Assembly: GCA_964270895.1 (NCBI GenBank)
Contig: OZ185437.1
Reading direction: 5' to 3' (one strand)
DNA: 64,000 nucleotides
Source of the DNA: Podarcis filfolensis
Lineage: Eukaryota
In this document: positions 37,701-51,117 of the stretch, piece after piece
Position numbering within the stretch: position 1 is the stretch's first letter
Layout of the letters: every line of letters starts with the position of its first letter
Position numbers and translations under genes: made by a program
The notes under the pieces: generated by a model
The model's database searches: none
What the model was told of the DNA's origin: nothing
What the model saw: the letters and a program-made list of their open reading frames with translations, nothing else

Positions 37701-40448
37701 ACCCCTGGCATGGTTAAGGAGCAAACTTCCCCAAAATTAACTAATTCCCCTCACCCCTCTTTACAATGAAGGGTGCATGGACAATTAGGCAAACTAAACA
37801 GTACCAATGCCTGCGTCCTAGTTTTGCTGCTGTTAAATAAAGTCCCACCAAAATCAATTGTAGTGCAAAGGGCTTTGTTTGCTTTTTGGTATCTGACCCA
37901 TGATTTTAGGGGGGGTTGGGAGAGTAAATGACACTATATTGAGTGCCAAACATTTATCATTTAATATAACCTCACAGGCTGGGCTGATAAAAGCAGCAGT
38001 CTTGGAGAGTCAGAACTGTTAAGCTGGATGGGCTCCAGATAAGAGAGTGAAACCCACCACTCCCCTTGACTTTGTAGTTCTCTAATCATCCTATGTAAAG
38101 GAGACTTGTGAATCTTCCTAGCAGGAAGCAGCTGAAGGCACAGTAGCCTAGCCCCATTGTGAGAGCTCTTTTTACCCAGCTCATCACTATTATCATAATA
38201 AAGGCTTCCCTTTCTCCTCCTTTGGGCCTCAGCTTGAGCTTGACTCTTCGGAAATTCTCCTCCATACTGTAACACTCTGGCTTCTCCAGACAGAGAATAA
38301 ATAGGACTTCCCCCACTAACCCGTGTGTCCCCCCCACCTCAAAACAACAACAACAACTATTACTACTATCTTCCTCTGAAGACAGAGGTGGGATGGGGCA
38401 AGCCTGATAAAGATTACAGGAAAGAACTCACCACCTGCTGAGTCCTAGATGGCTCTCCAAGTCTTTTCTGCACTTCAGAAAGCCAAGAAAGCAGCAACTG
38501 TGGGAGGAAAATTGGGGGAGAAACCCACCTGTAAGCAAGGGCGAAACACCCCCACCACAAAAAAGAGGTTACAAAGGCAACCATATGATCCATTTTTCTT
38601 TTCTGTTTTTGCTCTGTGACAAATAAACACAGCTGCCTCTTCGGTTCTGCCAACGGTTGTTTTTTTAAATTATTATTATTAAAAAGCCATTAAAGTCTAT
38701 GAAGATGTAAGAAAGATAAACTGTTAGCCAAGGCAGTACACGAAAGTAATTACTCTTGTGGAATAAAACAGTAAATCACTTGACTTCCGGCAGCATTCAA
38801 GAATATTTGAAGCAGTCTATTCAATAATTATTGGTGAATGCTTTTCTGCAGTAAACCAATAGAGGGCATCCATGGAAATAAGACATCTTAATATTGGCCA
38901 ACCTTGAGTTCATTGATAAGGCAGTTTTTCTTATTGAGGTGTGTGACTCGTAATTTCAGGTTAATGCACTGCAACTGTTATCTACTGCTGTGACATTATT
39001 CAAAGTGATGGGGTGGGAGGGAAAGAAGGTAAATTAATTATAACCCAGGATAGGAGTTGAAAATATTCAGACGTCCACAGACCAAGCTACACATTGCTTT
39101 AATCCTGTGTTTTTTAAAAAATGTGTTCAATACGTTCACTTTTATTCCGAAGGATATACAGCTGCAGAGCCCTGCTCCTGATCCACTTTCCTGTCAAAAA
39201 TCCCCCAGCTGCTATTTTCACCCCATGATGCAACCTGTTTTTAGCTCAAAAGGCTCATTTCCCTCACTAGTCTATGGTAATTTTTAAATGCACATTTTAA
39301 TTTTAATTTTGAAGGGTCTTATGAATCCACACATAACTGTAACATGCGTATTTCAAAACAAAACAAACCCTGCCCTAGTGGCTCATATCTTAATGTACCT
39401 GAGACAGATAATTAAAAAAAGAAATGGTCAAAGTCCTTCTGTTTTCCCTTTTTCTTTTGGTAGACTTCAAAGGTGATCTCTCCCCTTCCTCTCCTTTACA
39501 TTTTAGTGTCTGCTGTTCTGCAGCTGTCAGCTTGCTCCAGAGTTTCATGGCGGCAAATCTGCCTCCTCATGGCCCATAAAGCTACAGCATTGGGGATGGT
39601 GGTATGCAGGTGTGGAAAAGGGAAAAGTGCAGGATGAGCCTGTTAATGATTTTTCCGTCACCCCATGCTGTGCTGCTAGAGAAAAGGGCTGACTGCAGAA
39701 AGCCACCTTTCTTTGTTTGCAAAGGTATCCTCCCCACCGCAAAGGTGTTGGTTTTTCACGTCAAGGGCTGTTTACTGAGATGATTCACCTTATATGGCTT
39801 TTTAAAATGCTTTGAGACTCTAATTAGACATAGAAGTGGAGTCACACAACAGCGAAGACTTTTACTTTCCCGTTAACTTCACCTTGCAAATGTCTAAATC
39901 AAATGATAACTCCAAGTTGTTCAGGTTGGCTGCACTGTCTGCTGGAAGCAGGGATGGAGGCAGGCAAAAATCTATTCTTCTGAAGACCTAGCACAACTCT
40001 CCTACAATCCAAATAAAGTTAGTTGTAACTAAGGCTGAATGAAGTCGTAACGTGTTTACTATGCAGTAAGACCCACTGAAAATAGTGGGAGTTACTTCCA
40101 AGTTAACGTGTGGAATTATACTGAAGGCCTCACTAAAACCAGAGGAACTTAGAAGGCTTTCAATGATTCACAATAACCATTAGCTTTAGCTGAATCGGAC
40201 TGCTCACATTTAATTCCCAGTGGAAAAGTAGTTCTGATTTTACCGCAACTGCTACGTGCTATGAGGCAGTGGCAATTTTTTTAAAAAATAGACCCTCTGT
40301 CATCTTGAGTGTGCACTCCTCTGAACTGCACTGAAGTGAATGAAAAACCAGTGATTTAAAAATGTTTTGGTAAAAGTGTTATCACCAGAACTTATTATTT
40401 CAGAATACAGTCTTTAAAAAAAAAAAACCCAAGAGAAAAAGTAGGGTT

Positions 40449-40458
40449 TGTGTGTGTG

Positions 40459-40492
<34 letters not shown>
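40449..40492. repeat. Compound (GT)n/(CT)n microsatellite
   Basis: Read directly from the sequence. Confidence 0.9.
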
Positions 40493-40496
<4 letters not shown>

Positions 40497-43400
40497 TGCC
40501 CATATATATGCAGGAAATAAAACTAGGCACCCAGTGCTTCAGACAGAGGGAATAAGTAAAAACTGGTGTGCATATAAATTTTCTGTGCCAGCTAGCCTTG
40601 CTTGGAATGGAATTTTGTATTTTATATTCTATTTGATAATCCATTGAATGTTTGAAAAAAAAGTATACAACTAAATTATGAAAACTAAAAAAAGGCTCCA
40701 CCAGGAATGGCAATGCCAAGGCTGTGACCACACAGCAAAGAGAAGGGAAGCAAGAGAGGCTACAGGGCAGATTACGTATATGTTGGCTCCACATCTCCTT
40801 TCTGTGAGATATTGAAAATGGGATTCTCAGAAAAAAGAGGAAAATATTATCATGAGTCATTGCTCTGGCAGTTCTCCTTGACTGCCAGACTTACCCGTAT
40901 TTGCCCATCCGCTAGGAATAAGTAATGATCTTATTCTCTGTTTGAGCAGCTAAATGGTAATGTTGACTTGTGAGAAACAAAATCTCATACCTCTCTGCCA
41001 AATGGTGCAAAAAGTTAAGCCTCGCATGCAGTCTAAGCTACTAAAATAATTCCCTTCTTTTGGTCAGTTATGTAATAAAATGAAATAATTACGCCTTCTT
41101 TATTAAGAAATTATTTTGGCATGGAATGTTATTCAACGAGCCACTTCTGGCGGCTAGTTCAAAACAGGTATCAATAATCATTACAATGGATTAGCAAGAG
41201 CTATTAAAATCTATGGATCATAAAAGGACTAAGAAAGAAATGTGTGGGCCGACTGGCTACTAAACAATATTTGCAAACAAAGCCTGATGAGAACAAGGGA
41301 AAATTCAAACTAGTACAAGCCGAATCATATTTAAGATTTACCATAATTACAGAGCAGACTAGAGGATTTCAACCTGTCCTAAGATGTGTTGGGAGGAGGG
41401 CTTTGAATCCAGTGGACTCCAAGGCCCCACCTTCCCAACAGCTTTATTTCCTCCTCCTACCAGCGGTGGAGGAGGGACAGCTGCTAAGGTTTTAGTAGCT
41501 GCAACAAGGTGTCCCCCTTTGGAGCTCCCTCTGCTGGCAGAAAGGGAGTTCTGCAAAATCCTATGGCCCTTGGGGTGCCCTCCTAAAGACAATAGGATTG
41601 CACCCCAAAGCATTTATTGTTGTTAGTTCATCCTATTTCATTTCACATGGATGCATTCATACTCCAATAGCGGCACGCAAATGGCAATGTAGGAGCAAGG
41701 TATGTAACCTTCTCTCAGATGCCCCCTTCCCTTGTGCTACTATGGGAGCAAGTTGCGCATGTCATCAGTTGCCATGTCAATTGCTGGGAAATGAGGACAA
41801 TGTTGATCTGATAAAATTGTGGAATTTCTTAAGAGACGGGAAGCCCTAAATAAAGAAGAGCGTAAGAAACAGGCTCTAGATGGAATTCTAACAAAAGCAG
41901 TAGTCCTCAGTGAATTACAGTTTTTGACAGAATATTTTTTAAAAAAATGTCTGGCAGACAGAGGGAATTGCTGCTCAGATTATAATCTGGTACTTTCTAT
42001 GTACCAAATATATTTGGTTGTCAGAGTAATGGAGTATTTTGAACACAGTTCCCATGCAAGCTACTGAACTGTTTTGCAGTGCCAGGAGAATAATTGTAGG
42101 AGTACCAGAAGTATAACTCACCTGTTCTAATCTAATCTCTTTAAAAACAGGAAGGCCTGAGGTTTTCTCACCTATCATTGAAAACATCTGCTCAGTTTCT
42201 TGCTGGGTCTTTACCTGTTTCCTCTCATGAAAAGCTGGAGACTGGCAGGTGTCAACAGACGGCAACAAAGAATCTGTACTCTGTCATGAAAGTAAGAGGG
42301 GAATCAAATGCTGAATTTCTGTTGCTCAGCACACACACAATTCACAATTTTATGATGAATTTATTAAATGCATAGTATTTTAAAATTTTACCTGCCTCAA
42401 AACTGAAAACTACAAATAACCAAAACAGAGAACAACACCAATTTATGGTTCTTGTTTAACTTATTTAGCTGAAAAGGCAGACTGGGAAGAATGAAGAATC
42501 TATTCATCAATAAATAGGGATAAATCTTATTTTTCATTAACATAATCCTAAACCTTGTAACACGTTAGACTAGTCAAGGAACACCTGTTTCTATAGCATA
42601 AACATATATGGACTTATGTACATTGTTTAGATATTTACTACTTAATTATATTATTAAAAATGTGGATAATGATGATTAGCAGCAGCTGCTGCTGTACTGA
42701 ATTTGGAATTTGTATTTTTATATAATGTTGTTTTTTTGCTGGAATGTCAACCACTTTGAGATTTTCTAAAATATGAAGCAGCATACTAAAATAAAGTGAA
42801 CAATAATAATATTTACTAGATCTTACTTTTCCAGTGAATGAAAACTGAGTTCTTATACGCCAGTGATTTTACTCTATTTTTCCATCTAAGGATGTTGGGG
42901 GAGAGATTTATACACAGGATTTACACAGACTCTGTGTTCAAGATACATTTTGAAATGGATTTCTATATTTATAACTGTGATTAGGATTCACCTTTCTGTA
43001 GCAAACTACAGAAGGCAATAAAAAATATGAAATGACCAGAAAGAACAGTGGGATTAAAAAACATAAATCAGATAAATTAGCTCTTCTTGTTCATAGTGAA
43101 AAAATATATATATCAAACTCTGCCTGGAAAAGTAATGCATTTTAATAGAAATTTGAATTAGCCCTGGTGCAAATGAAAACAGTCAAACTAAACTGATAGA
43201 TATTGGGGGGGGGTGGTAATTGGTCATTTCAGGACATATGACTAATAGAACCCAACAATTCACAATCTCTATGGAGGCAGTGGGAATTCTAGTGTTGACT
43301 GCTGCTAGCCCAAACAACTAGGAGAAATTAGCCCACGTGAGCAGTAACTGGATCAGAGTGGCGATCGGCTCAAGGTGATAAAATGGCTGTAGCACCTATC

Positions 43401-46400
43401 CTACCCCAGTGCTATTACCAACACTTCCGCTACGTGCCAGTTCCCCCATTTGCAGTTTGTTGCTTTAAACACTCTTTCAATTGATGGAGGGAAATGTTAC
43501 CTCGTATTTCCTTTGCCATGTAGAAACTACACTTTTTCATCACTTTATTAATATTCTGGATATTCAGTGTAAAAATGCACAAAAGTGAAAGGCCCAGGTG
43601 TTAAGTATTGGGAATAAAGCATCCAAACTTTCCAGAGCCTTAGGAAAACGTTAGAAGGAAACAGGAACAAAGGCAATGAAAGGGAGTCGTGCATTTTCTT
43701 TCAGCGTTTCCTACAGAACATGAGGAAGGATGAGATATGTGGTGAGATGTATTAGCCCTCTTCACACAACCCACGATTCACATGAGGGCCACTTTCCCAT
43801 GGTGGCTCCCACATGGCTGCAGCATATATGTGAATATTGTGAACCAAAGGGGCAAGGCCAATTGGATAGGTCTCTTTGCACTTCCGTGAATTCAGGGCAG
43901 CGATCGTAAGCAAGACAGAAAGAATAAACTGAGCAAGACTGTGAGAAAAATTAAGGTTTCAAAACAGAGATTTTATTGCATGTGTGACTATCACAGATTG
44001 GTTTTCTTTTCAGTTAAAGAATGCCATGCAAACTGATATCATTAGTACTGCTATAAACAAATCAGGGCAGCATCAAATTTTGCAAAAAGGCTGACATGTG
44101 CAGCTAGTTTGTTCCTGACTTGCTTATACCATCCCAAACTGTGATGCCACAATTGTAACTCCGGGGAACTAGTTGAATTTTTAAACAAATTTCTCCTGGG
44201 TTGCAAAAAACAGCTTTATTGGAAAATGTTTCATGAATTAAGTTCGCAAGTCTAGGTTTCCTGTTACAACTCCTAAGTCACAAGACTGCTGTATCCTGAT
44301 TCTGTACGCATGCAGAAACCATGGCAAACATCTTTGTTGCAGCAGATTGTTTAGTTTAAGCACAAGACAGCTGAACAAAGAGAGGATGGGATATTAGTCT
44401 TCCTGAGTGTGTGCCACATGTTGGCCATCTATTTTACTGTTGTTCTACAAACAATAAACTTCTCTTTGAGAAGCATCCCATATTCCATCCCTTCCTTCTA
44501 CCTCCCCACCCCACATTCTACAAATAAGAGTTAAAAGAAACCCAGAAGCTACACAAAACCTATACACAACAAACCAAGCTCATCATGTTGTGATGCATGT
44601 AATTTAAATTAAATTAATGCTGTATTGTTTTTAACACTTGATTGAGAGCCACCCAAAGTGGCTGGGGAAAGTCAGCCAGATGGGCGGGGTATAAATAAAT
44701 TATTATTATTATTATTTAAATTGAATTAATTTAAAAAACCCACCAATCCACCAATATCTGATAAATGTGAAAATGAAGATGGTAACTGTTCAGGTAGGAG
44801 ATGGCTGAAGAATGAAGGGTTTTGTTTTTTAATAAAATATTGTTTTGTTTTTGCAACAGATGCGAAAGAAAAAGAAGAAAGTTTTAGAAGTTTTGAAGAA
44901 ATGGCAACACTGAACAAGGACAGACAGGAAAAGAAAGAAGGGTGCATCAATGAGTTCCCAGAGTTGTGTTTATTTGGAAGACTGGGGAATGGTGATATTT
45001 GGAGTAGTGATGGAAAAGTATAAGGAGGGATGTATACTTGTCTAAATTCAAACTGAGATTATGGTAAGCCATTCAAGAGAAAATGTTGAGAAAGCTGGAG
45101 ACACAGAGACAGAGGCCTAGTTTTAGCTAACGCTAACCTTATCTTACACAGAATGAGATGAAAAAACAGATTTAGAATAGACCTCCCAGAACAGAGGGCA
45201 ACAGGAAGAATAGATGCCGAAATACTTGGACTCCTTCAAGGAGAGGGAGAAGTGAAGCAAGAGCTGAAGAAAATGTTAGAGAAAAAGCTAGTTGAAAGTT
45301 GATACTGACCCAGTTATACAAAAAGCACAGCTCAGCACGATGTGAATGAACACCAATGAACCCAAGTGAAACGTTGGGCTCATATACTCTCCTCCACCCT
45401 GCAGGGGAGGACTTCTGATGAGTTTAGTTCTTTTAAAGAATCTCAGCTTGGTGTTACATTTGAACCAGGGATCCTGGCTTAAAAAGCCACTTTAATAATA
45501 CAGCTTAATAACCCGTGGTTAGGGGGAGAATAACACAGGAAGAGATGGACGTGAAGACACAGAAGGGGGCAAGGTGAACTCATTTGTAATGGGAGCCAGG
45601 AGAAGAACAAAAGGAGGACATTTAAGAAAATTCATACCAGATCTTATCAGTCTCCTTCAAGAAAACAACAAGAATTTTAGCAGAGTTGCAAGAATGGATT
45701 TAAATTGTTGTTTTAAACAGTTTTTAATTATGGTTTTTTAGTGTTGTAACCCACGCTGGGACCTTAGGGTGAAGCCTTCACCATGACGGGTGGACAATTA
45801 ACAACAACAACAACAACAATCTACGATGTATGAATTTGGAGGTAAGAAATCAGTGGCATAGTAGATGATCAAGTCTAGTCTTTGGCTCCCCTACACCATT
45901 TCCAGTAGAATCATTGTTCCAAACAACAGGACAATGAAGAACTGGGTACAAAGACTTCACAGCTTTGATCCAGCAAGAAAGGAATATGGCTCTATACATC
46001 ATATACAGCAAAAGGTTTTTATAAAAGGAGGAGTCCAAAACTAACCAAACCTCATTTCAAAATTACAAAAGAATGCCAACGGTCAAGACAAAAGCAAGTC
46101 CACAAAACCAAACCAAATATCTAAACGCACTGCTTGCTCTTTTTTAAAGTTCTTGTTTCTAGAGGTGTGTGGATATGATACTTATGAGAAGACGACCACT
46201 TGTTTTGTTTTAGTTAGGATTTTTGCACTAAGCAGTCAAAGTGTGCCAGCACTGGAGTGAGCGATATTATCGGGTGTTAGCTGCAGCACTCTGATACATC
46301 CTTGAGAACTAGCACATCATTAGTGATGCCTTCACAACTAAATGTTCAGGCCCTAGGTCACAAGGCAGACAAAACCAAGGATGCTCTATGCTTCACCAGT

Positions 46401-46708
46401 TAATTTTTTTTTTTTTATTAAAGTTGTTTAGATGGCTTTTTGGCACTTGATTCAAACTTGGCAGTATAACTACTCTTCCACAGTTTGTGTGTGTTTGTGT
46501 ATCCAGTTAGCTACCTAGATATGTGAGCAACTGACATGGTCTAGGACTTGAAATGTACTTCATTTTACAGGTTAGATGGGATCCAATTGACCATCTAATT
46601 AACAATTACTTCGCACTTCAGCAAATGACAGTGCAATATGGAAGACAACAGATGCTCTGAATATAATAATAGATATAGACACCTATTATTTTCTGTCTTC
46701 TTGAACAG

Positions 46709-46760
<52 letters not shown>
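46709..46760. repeat. (ATT)n microsatellite (SINE tail)
   Basis: Read directly from the sequence. Confidence 0.9.
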
Positions 46761-48194
46761 TTACATCCTGCCTTTCCTCCAGTGAGCTGAAAGCAGTGAG
46801 CATGGTCCCCCTCCTCCCCATTTTATCTTCACAACAATCCTGTTAGACCGAGAAACAGTGATTGATCCAAAGTTACCCAGTGAAGTTCATAGCTAGGTGG
46901 GAATTGAACCCAGGTCCATCACTCTAACTACAACCTACAAATTGATCATACAAGTAGCAGAAACCAAATTCAAAAAACTGGGCAAGAGTGTGTTGACATT
47001 TGAATGAGTGCTATACCTTTTAAAAGCCAGTCCTACAGGCTGGGATGGTGAATCACATAGGAAAGAATAGAAAACAGACTCCAAAATACAAAATAAGCTC
47101 AGACTTGTACCAGCTTTCTTGTGTTATATTGGCCACATTTCTCAAGAATAGTATTTCTGAATGAGAGGAGGAAGAGGAGCTAACTATACTTGGATTAAGA
47201 TGGAAAATGACAAAACAGGCATACACACATACATTAAATCACCCTAAAACGACTTGGGGAGAGAAGATTTCCTCAGCCTCCTTTGTCTATAATGTGCATA
47301 AATGGCTGGGGTCAACAGGGATTTGAGGAGAATCAGTTTGGGTGAGAGAGACATCCATTGGTGCAATAATTATTGAGACCTGATTACAAGTCATTGGTTC
47401 CAGTAAGTGAACATTTTCACTGCTTGTTGCGAAGCAGTACCAAATACTGCAGTAGGTGGAGAAGATTCTGCAGGTGTAGGAGCTCTCTATGTCCAGCTTT
47501 TGCCCAGAATAAGAAAGGCTTTGCTGGGTCAGGCTGCACTTAATAAAATATTACATTTCCAGCAGCAGCCAGTCTGTAGTCAATGGCTAAGACTTGCCAA
47601 AATCAGCTGCTAACATTGCCACTGAGCTTCTAACCCCCTAAGTAGGAAACTGTGGTACACTATAAGGCAGTAGCAGGTGGAGGGAGGGATTCAATTACCA
47701 AAATTAGTAAGAAGCCTGGAAGATTTGCAATGACCTGTTCAGATAAGTCATTTATCAGTGAAAACTCTTGCTTTTCCATTTGCAAATGTGGCTCCCAGGT
47801 GAGAATATTCCGCCCCACTCCTGCCAAGAAGTATTTCTCAACAACTCAAAAACGTGTAGAATGAAGAAGAGAAGTAAAAGAGCAACTTTAGAAATTGAAT
47901 ATTGTATGGCATACATGGGAAAGAATGGTTTGTTTCCTAAATGAAAAAAACCTTACTTTATTTGTAATGCTCGCTCTATTTATTTTCTTCGTCTACAGAT
48001 ATTGGTAAAGAATAAATGCTTTCAAAAATGAGCAATGTCAAGATGCCGAATTCAGCACATATCAGAAAGCCATGATTTCAGAAACAAATCGAATTAAAAG
48101 ATTTATTATTATGATGATTCCAGTTGTTGAAAATATAAAGGTGGAACAGTTCACAAAATCGCTTGGCCTCATTTGGTTTACTCGCCTTGGCTAC

Positions 48195-48358
48195 ATAGGA
48201 AGCTGCCTTACACCGAGTAAGACCATTTGTCTCTCTAGGGTCAGCGTTATTTATAGCAGCTCCCCAGGATTTCAGATGGGGGTTCTCTGTCAGCCCCACC
48301 TGGAGATGTCTGGGATTGAATCTGGAAACTTCTGAGTGCAAAGCAGAAGCTCTACCAA
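48195..48358 (-). mobile_element. Squamate tRNA-derived SINE (Squam-type)
   Basis: Minus strand tggtagagcttctgctttgcactcagaagtttccagattcaatccc...aaggcagcttcctatgt tail. Confidence 0.65.
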
Positions 48359-50902
48359 GCCTTTCTGAAAGCTAGATGTACATAGCTTGCTTTATTTATT
48401 TCTTGCTTTTAGCTCTCTTTCTATCACACTGTAATCTCCAATAAGATTTGAATTCAGTTCCAAGAGGCCCTTAGGCATTCCAACAATATAAAGGGTGCAT
48501 CTCTATTTCACCATTTTATTTTCTTCTCACGTATCTGCGAACACTTTCCCCTGCTTCCCTCAGACACACAGTAATAAGGATTCAGCCAAGATATATTTGT
48601 CTTAGGCCAGGCAAACAGGGGCCCATGTGGCCTACCTTTGACTGGGGTAGGATGAAAGGCTAACAAGGCCCTCCTAACGGTTTGGTGACATCTCCACTAA
48701 TCCTCCCTCCGTTGGGAAACAATTACAGAAGTCACCCAGAAGTACCTGCAGGAAAGAATTTCTAAGGCAAGTCCCAAACAGATTTCAGTTTCAGTAAAGT
48801 AAAACGTTTTCTTCGCCTTCTAAATAATGTCGCGGGGTTTGTTGGGAGTTTCTCAGGAATGAGGAGCACTACTGATCCCGGTCTGGCATGGAATTAATTT
48901 ATGGATATCAGTACATGAAGATGTGATGATTTAGCTTAGACAGATCTTTAAAGGGCAAGACAAATTTATGAAGGATTGAGTCTTGTCAACAGCAGTTAGT
49001 CATAACGTGTTGGACCTCCAAGAAAATGTTGAAGTATGAAGTGCTTCTGTTCCAGACAGACAGCCATGCCTTCCTCCAAAATACTCCATTCCCCCTCCCA
49101 GCCGCCCCACAACAGTGAGCATTCTGTGGCCACTGGGCTGTTTGTGGAGTCCCCCCTCCCTTAGTTTCCCGTCTCAATATTTTTGTACTTCAGCAAGCTT
49201 TCGAGGCCTCCCCAAGCCGGCCAGTATCTCCTTGTTGAGTGGTGCTCTTTTGCTACATCAGCAATAACACCTACAACCTGAACAGCAGAAATAGAGGGAA
49301 TGATGGTTAAAAAGAAACCTTCATATTCCGAGTGTATACACCTCCCGGCACCTGGGGCTGGGGGCAATCATCTGTCTGTCTCCAGTATCACCTTCATGCT
49401 CTGATTGTGGGCTTTCAAAGGTATCCAATGGCCCACTTTTCAGAAGCAAAATGCTGGGCTATGTGAACCAATTCACTACAAGAATTCTTATGTTACCAGC
49501 TTAGCGCCTGTCAAGGGTGGGAAATGGAGAGTGCTTTGCCAATTCACTCCTTTTTCACTCCCCAACTATATATCCATCCCTGAGGCCCCAGGGGGAGAAG
49601 GAAAGGAGGTAAGTGCTGCTTTTCCAAATCTACCCTAATGCCCCTCCAAATTCCAAAACTTAACAGTCCTGAGGAGGAGGAGGGTGAATAATGGAATGTA
49701 TAACCCAGAAGCTGCATTCAGGGTTGGGGTGGATAAAGAGGTAATGCTACCAACTCCAGCAGCTGGAGTGAGATACAGGATCTGCTCCCTCTAATTGCAA
49801 CCTGTTTATTGTGCCCCTTTGATGAGCTACATGACTGTCTCCAAGCTCCTCTAAGGCCATGTTCTATATACAACTTTGGTGTCAGAAATGGTATCAAGCA
49901 TGCCAGTTTGTGGTGACCTTGAAAATTGTGCTCTTCTCAGAAAGTATCTTATGATTATGACTTTTTTTCAGGACATGATCATTATATGCTAATGTTCTAC
50001 CACCTTTATTCTGTTTGGCTTTCTTTAACATGCTGTCAATCTTCAATCTTACACCAGAGCGTGGCTCCTTGGTCACCTTTCAGGGGGCATCGAGAGTCTC
50101 ATGTTCTCTAAGCACCCACCAAGAACAGACTGAGGTGAATCTGCAAGTTCCTACTGAGGCATAACATGTAATATTGACATATTCCTTTTCACTTCAGCAT
50201 GGTAACTGCCATCTAAAATGTAAAAAGTTATCCAGAAAGTTTAGAAACTTTATTAGATACCTCAAAGCTCATAATGATAAATGGCATGTCAGACTGCAAA
50301 ATCATGTCTCCCCTTTTGTTAGAATTCAGAGAATGCAATAAATACTAGAGTAAACAATTCAAGTTGCAAATTAACCCTTTAGCCAGATCCAGGAACCTGA
50401 CAACTTGCCCAAAGCACACTGCTTGGTACAGCGGACTGGAAGCATGATGTGATCATTACACAGAAGTGTGAAGAGCTCAGCCACCCTTGCATCCTTTTTT
50501 CAGGGCACAGCTGGTGAACAGTATACAGTTAAATGGAGAAGGGCAAGGGGAGATGGTTAAAGGGTCTAAGGCAACTTTGGATCATTCATTCTTCTTTTAA
50601 CACTTTCTTCACTGCTCACCCTCTCTCCTAAGAACTCCTAAGTACATGTTATTTAAAGAAAGCTAAGTTCTGGACTGTGGTATCTCTGTCTGCTGACCCA
50701 TGAGCTCAGAAACTCCAAGATGTGACTTGGGCCACAGATTCTGCACATGTTTCACACAAGACATCTTCACATGTACCAAAATAGTGACCCATCTGGTGTT
50801 ACTCAGTTCTGAAACATTTCACAATGTGAGACAAGTCGCTGGGTCTTGTTATCTACAAGTGGCAAACATAATACAATAATATAGAATATAGAAACATGTG
50901 TA

Positions 50903-51117
50903 CAGTGGTACCTTGGGTTACAAACACTTCCGGTTACAGACTCCGCTAACCCAGAAGTAGTACCTTGGGTTCAGAACTTTACCTCAGGATGAGAACAGAA
51001 ATCGTATGGCAGCAGCAGGAGGCCCCATTAGCTAAAGTGGTACCTCAGGTTAAGAACGGTTTCAGGTTAAGAACGGACCTCCGGAATGAATTAAGTTCAT
51101 AACCAGAGGTACCACTA
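50903..51117. mobile_element. Tc1/mariner MITE, same family as 21668, opposite orientation
   Basis: TA-CAGTGGTACCT...GAGGTACCACTA-TA; the internal sequence is the reverse complement of the 21668 copy. Confidence 0.85.
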
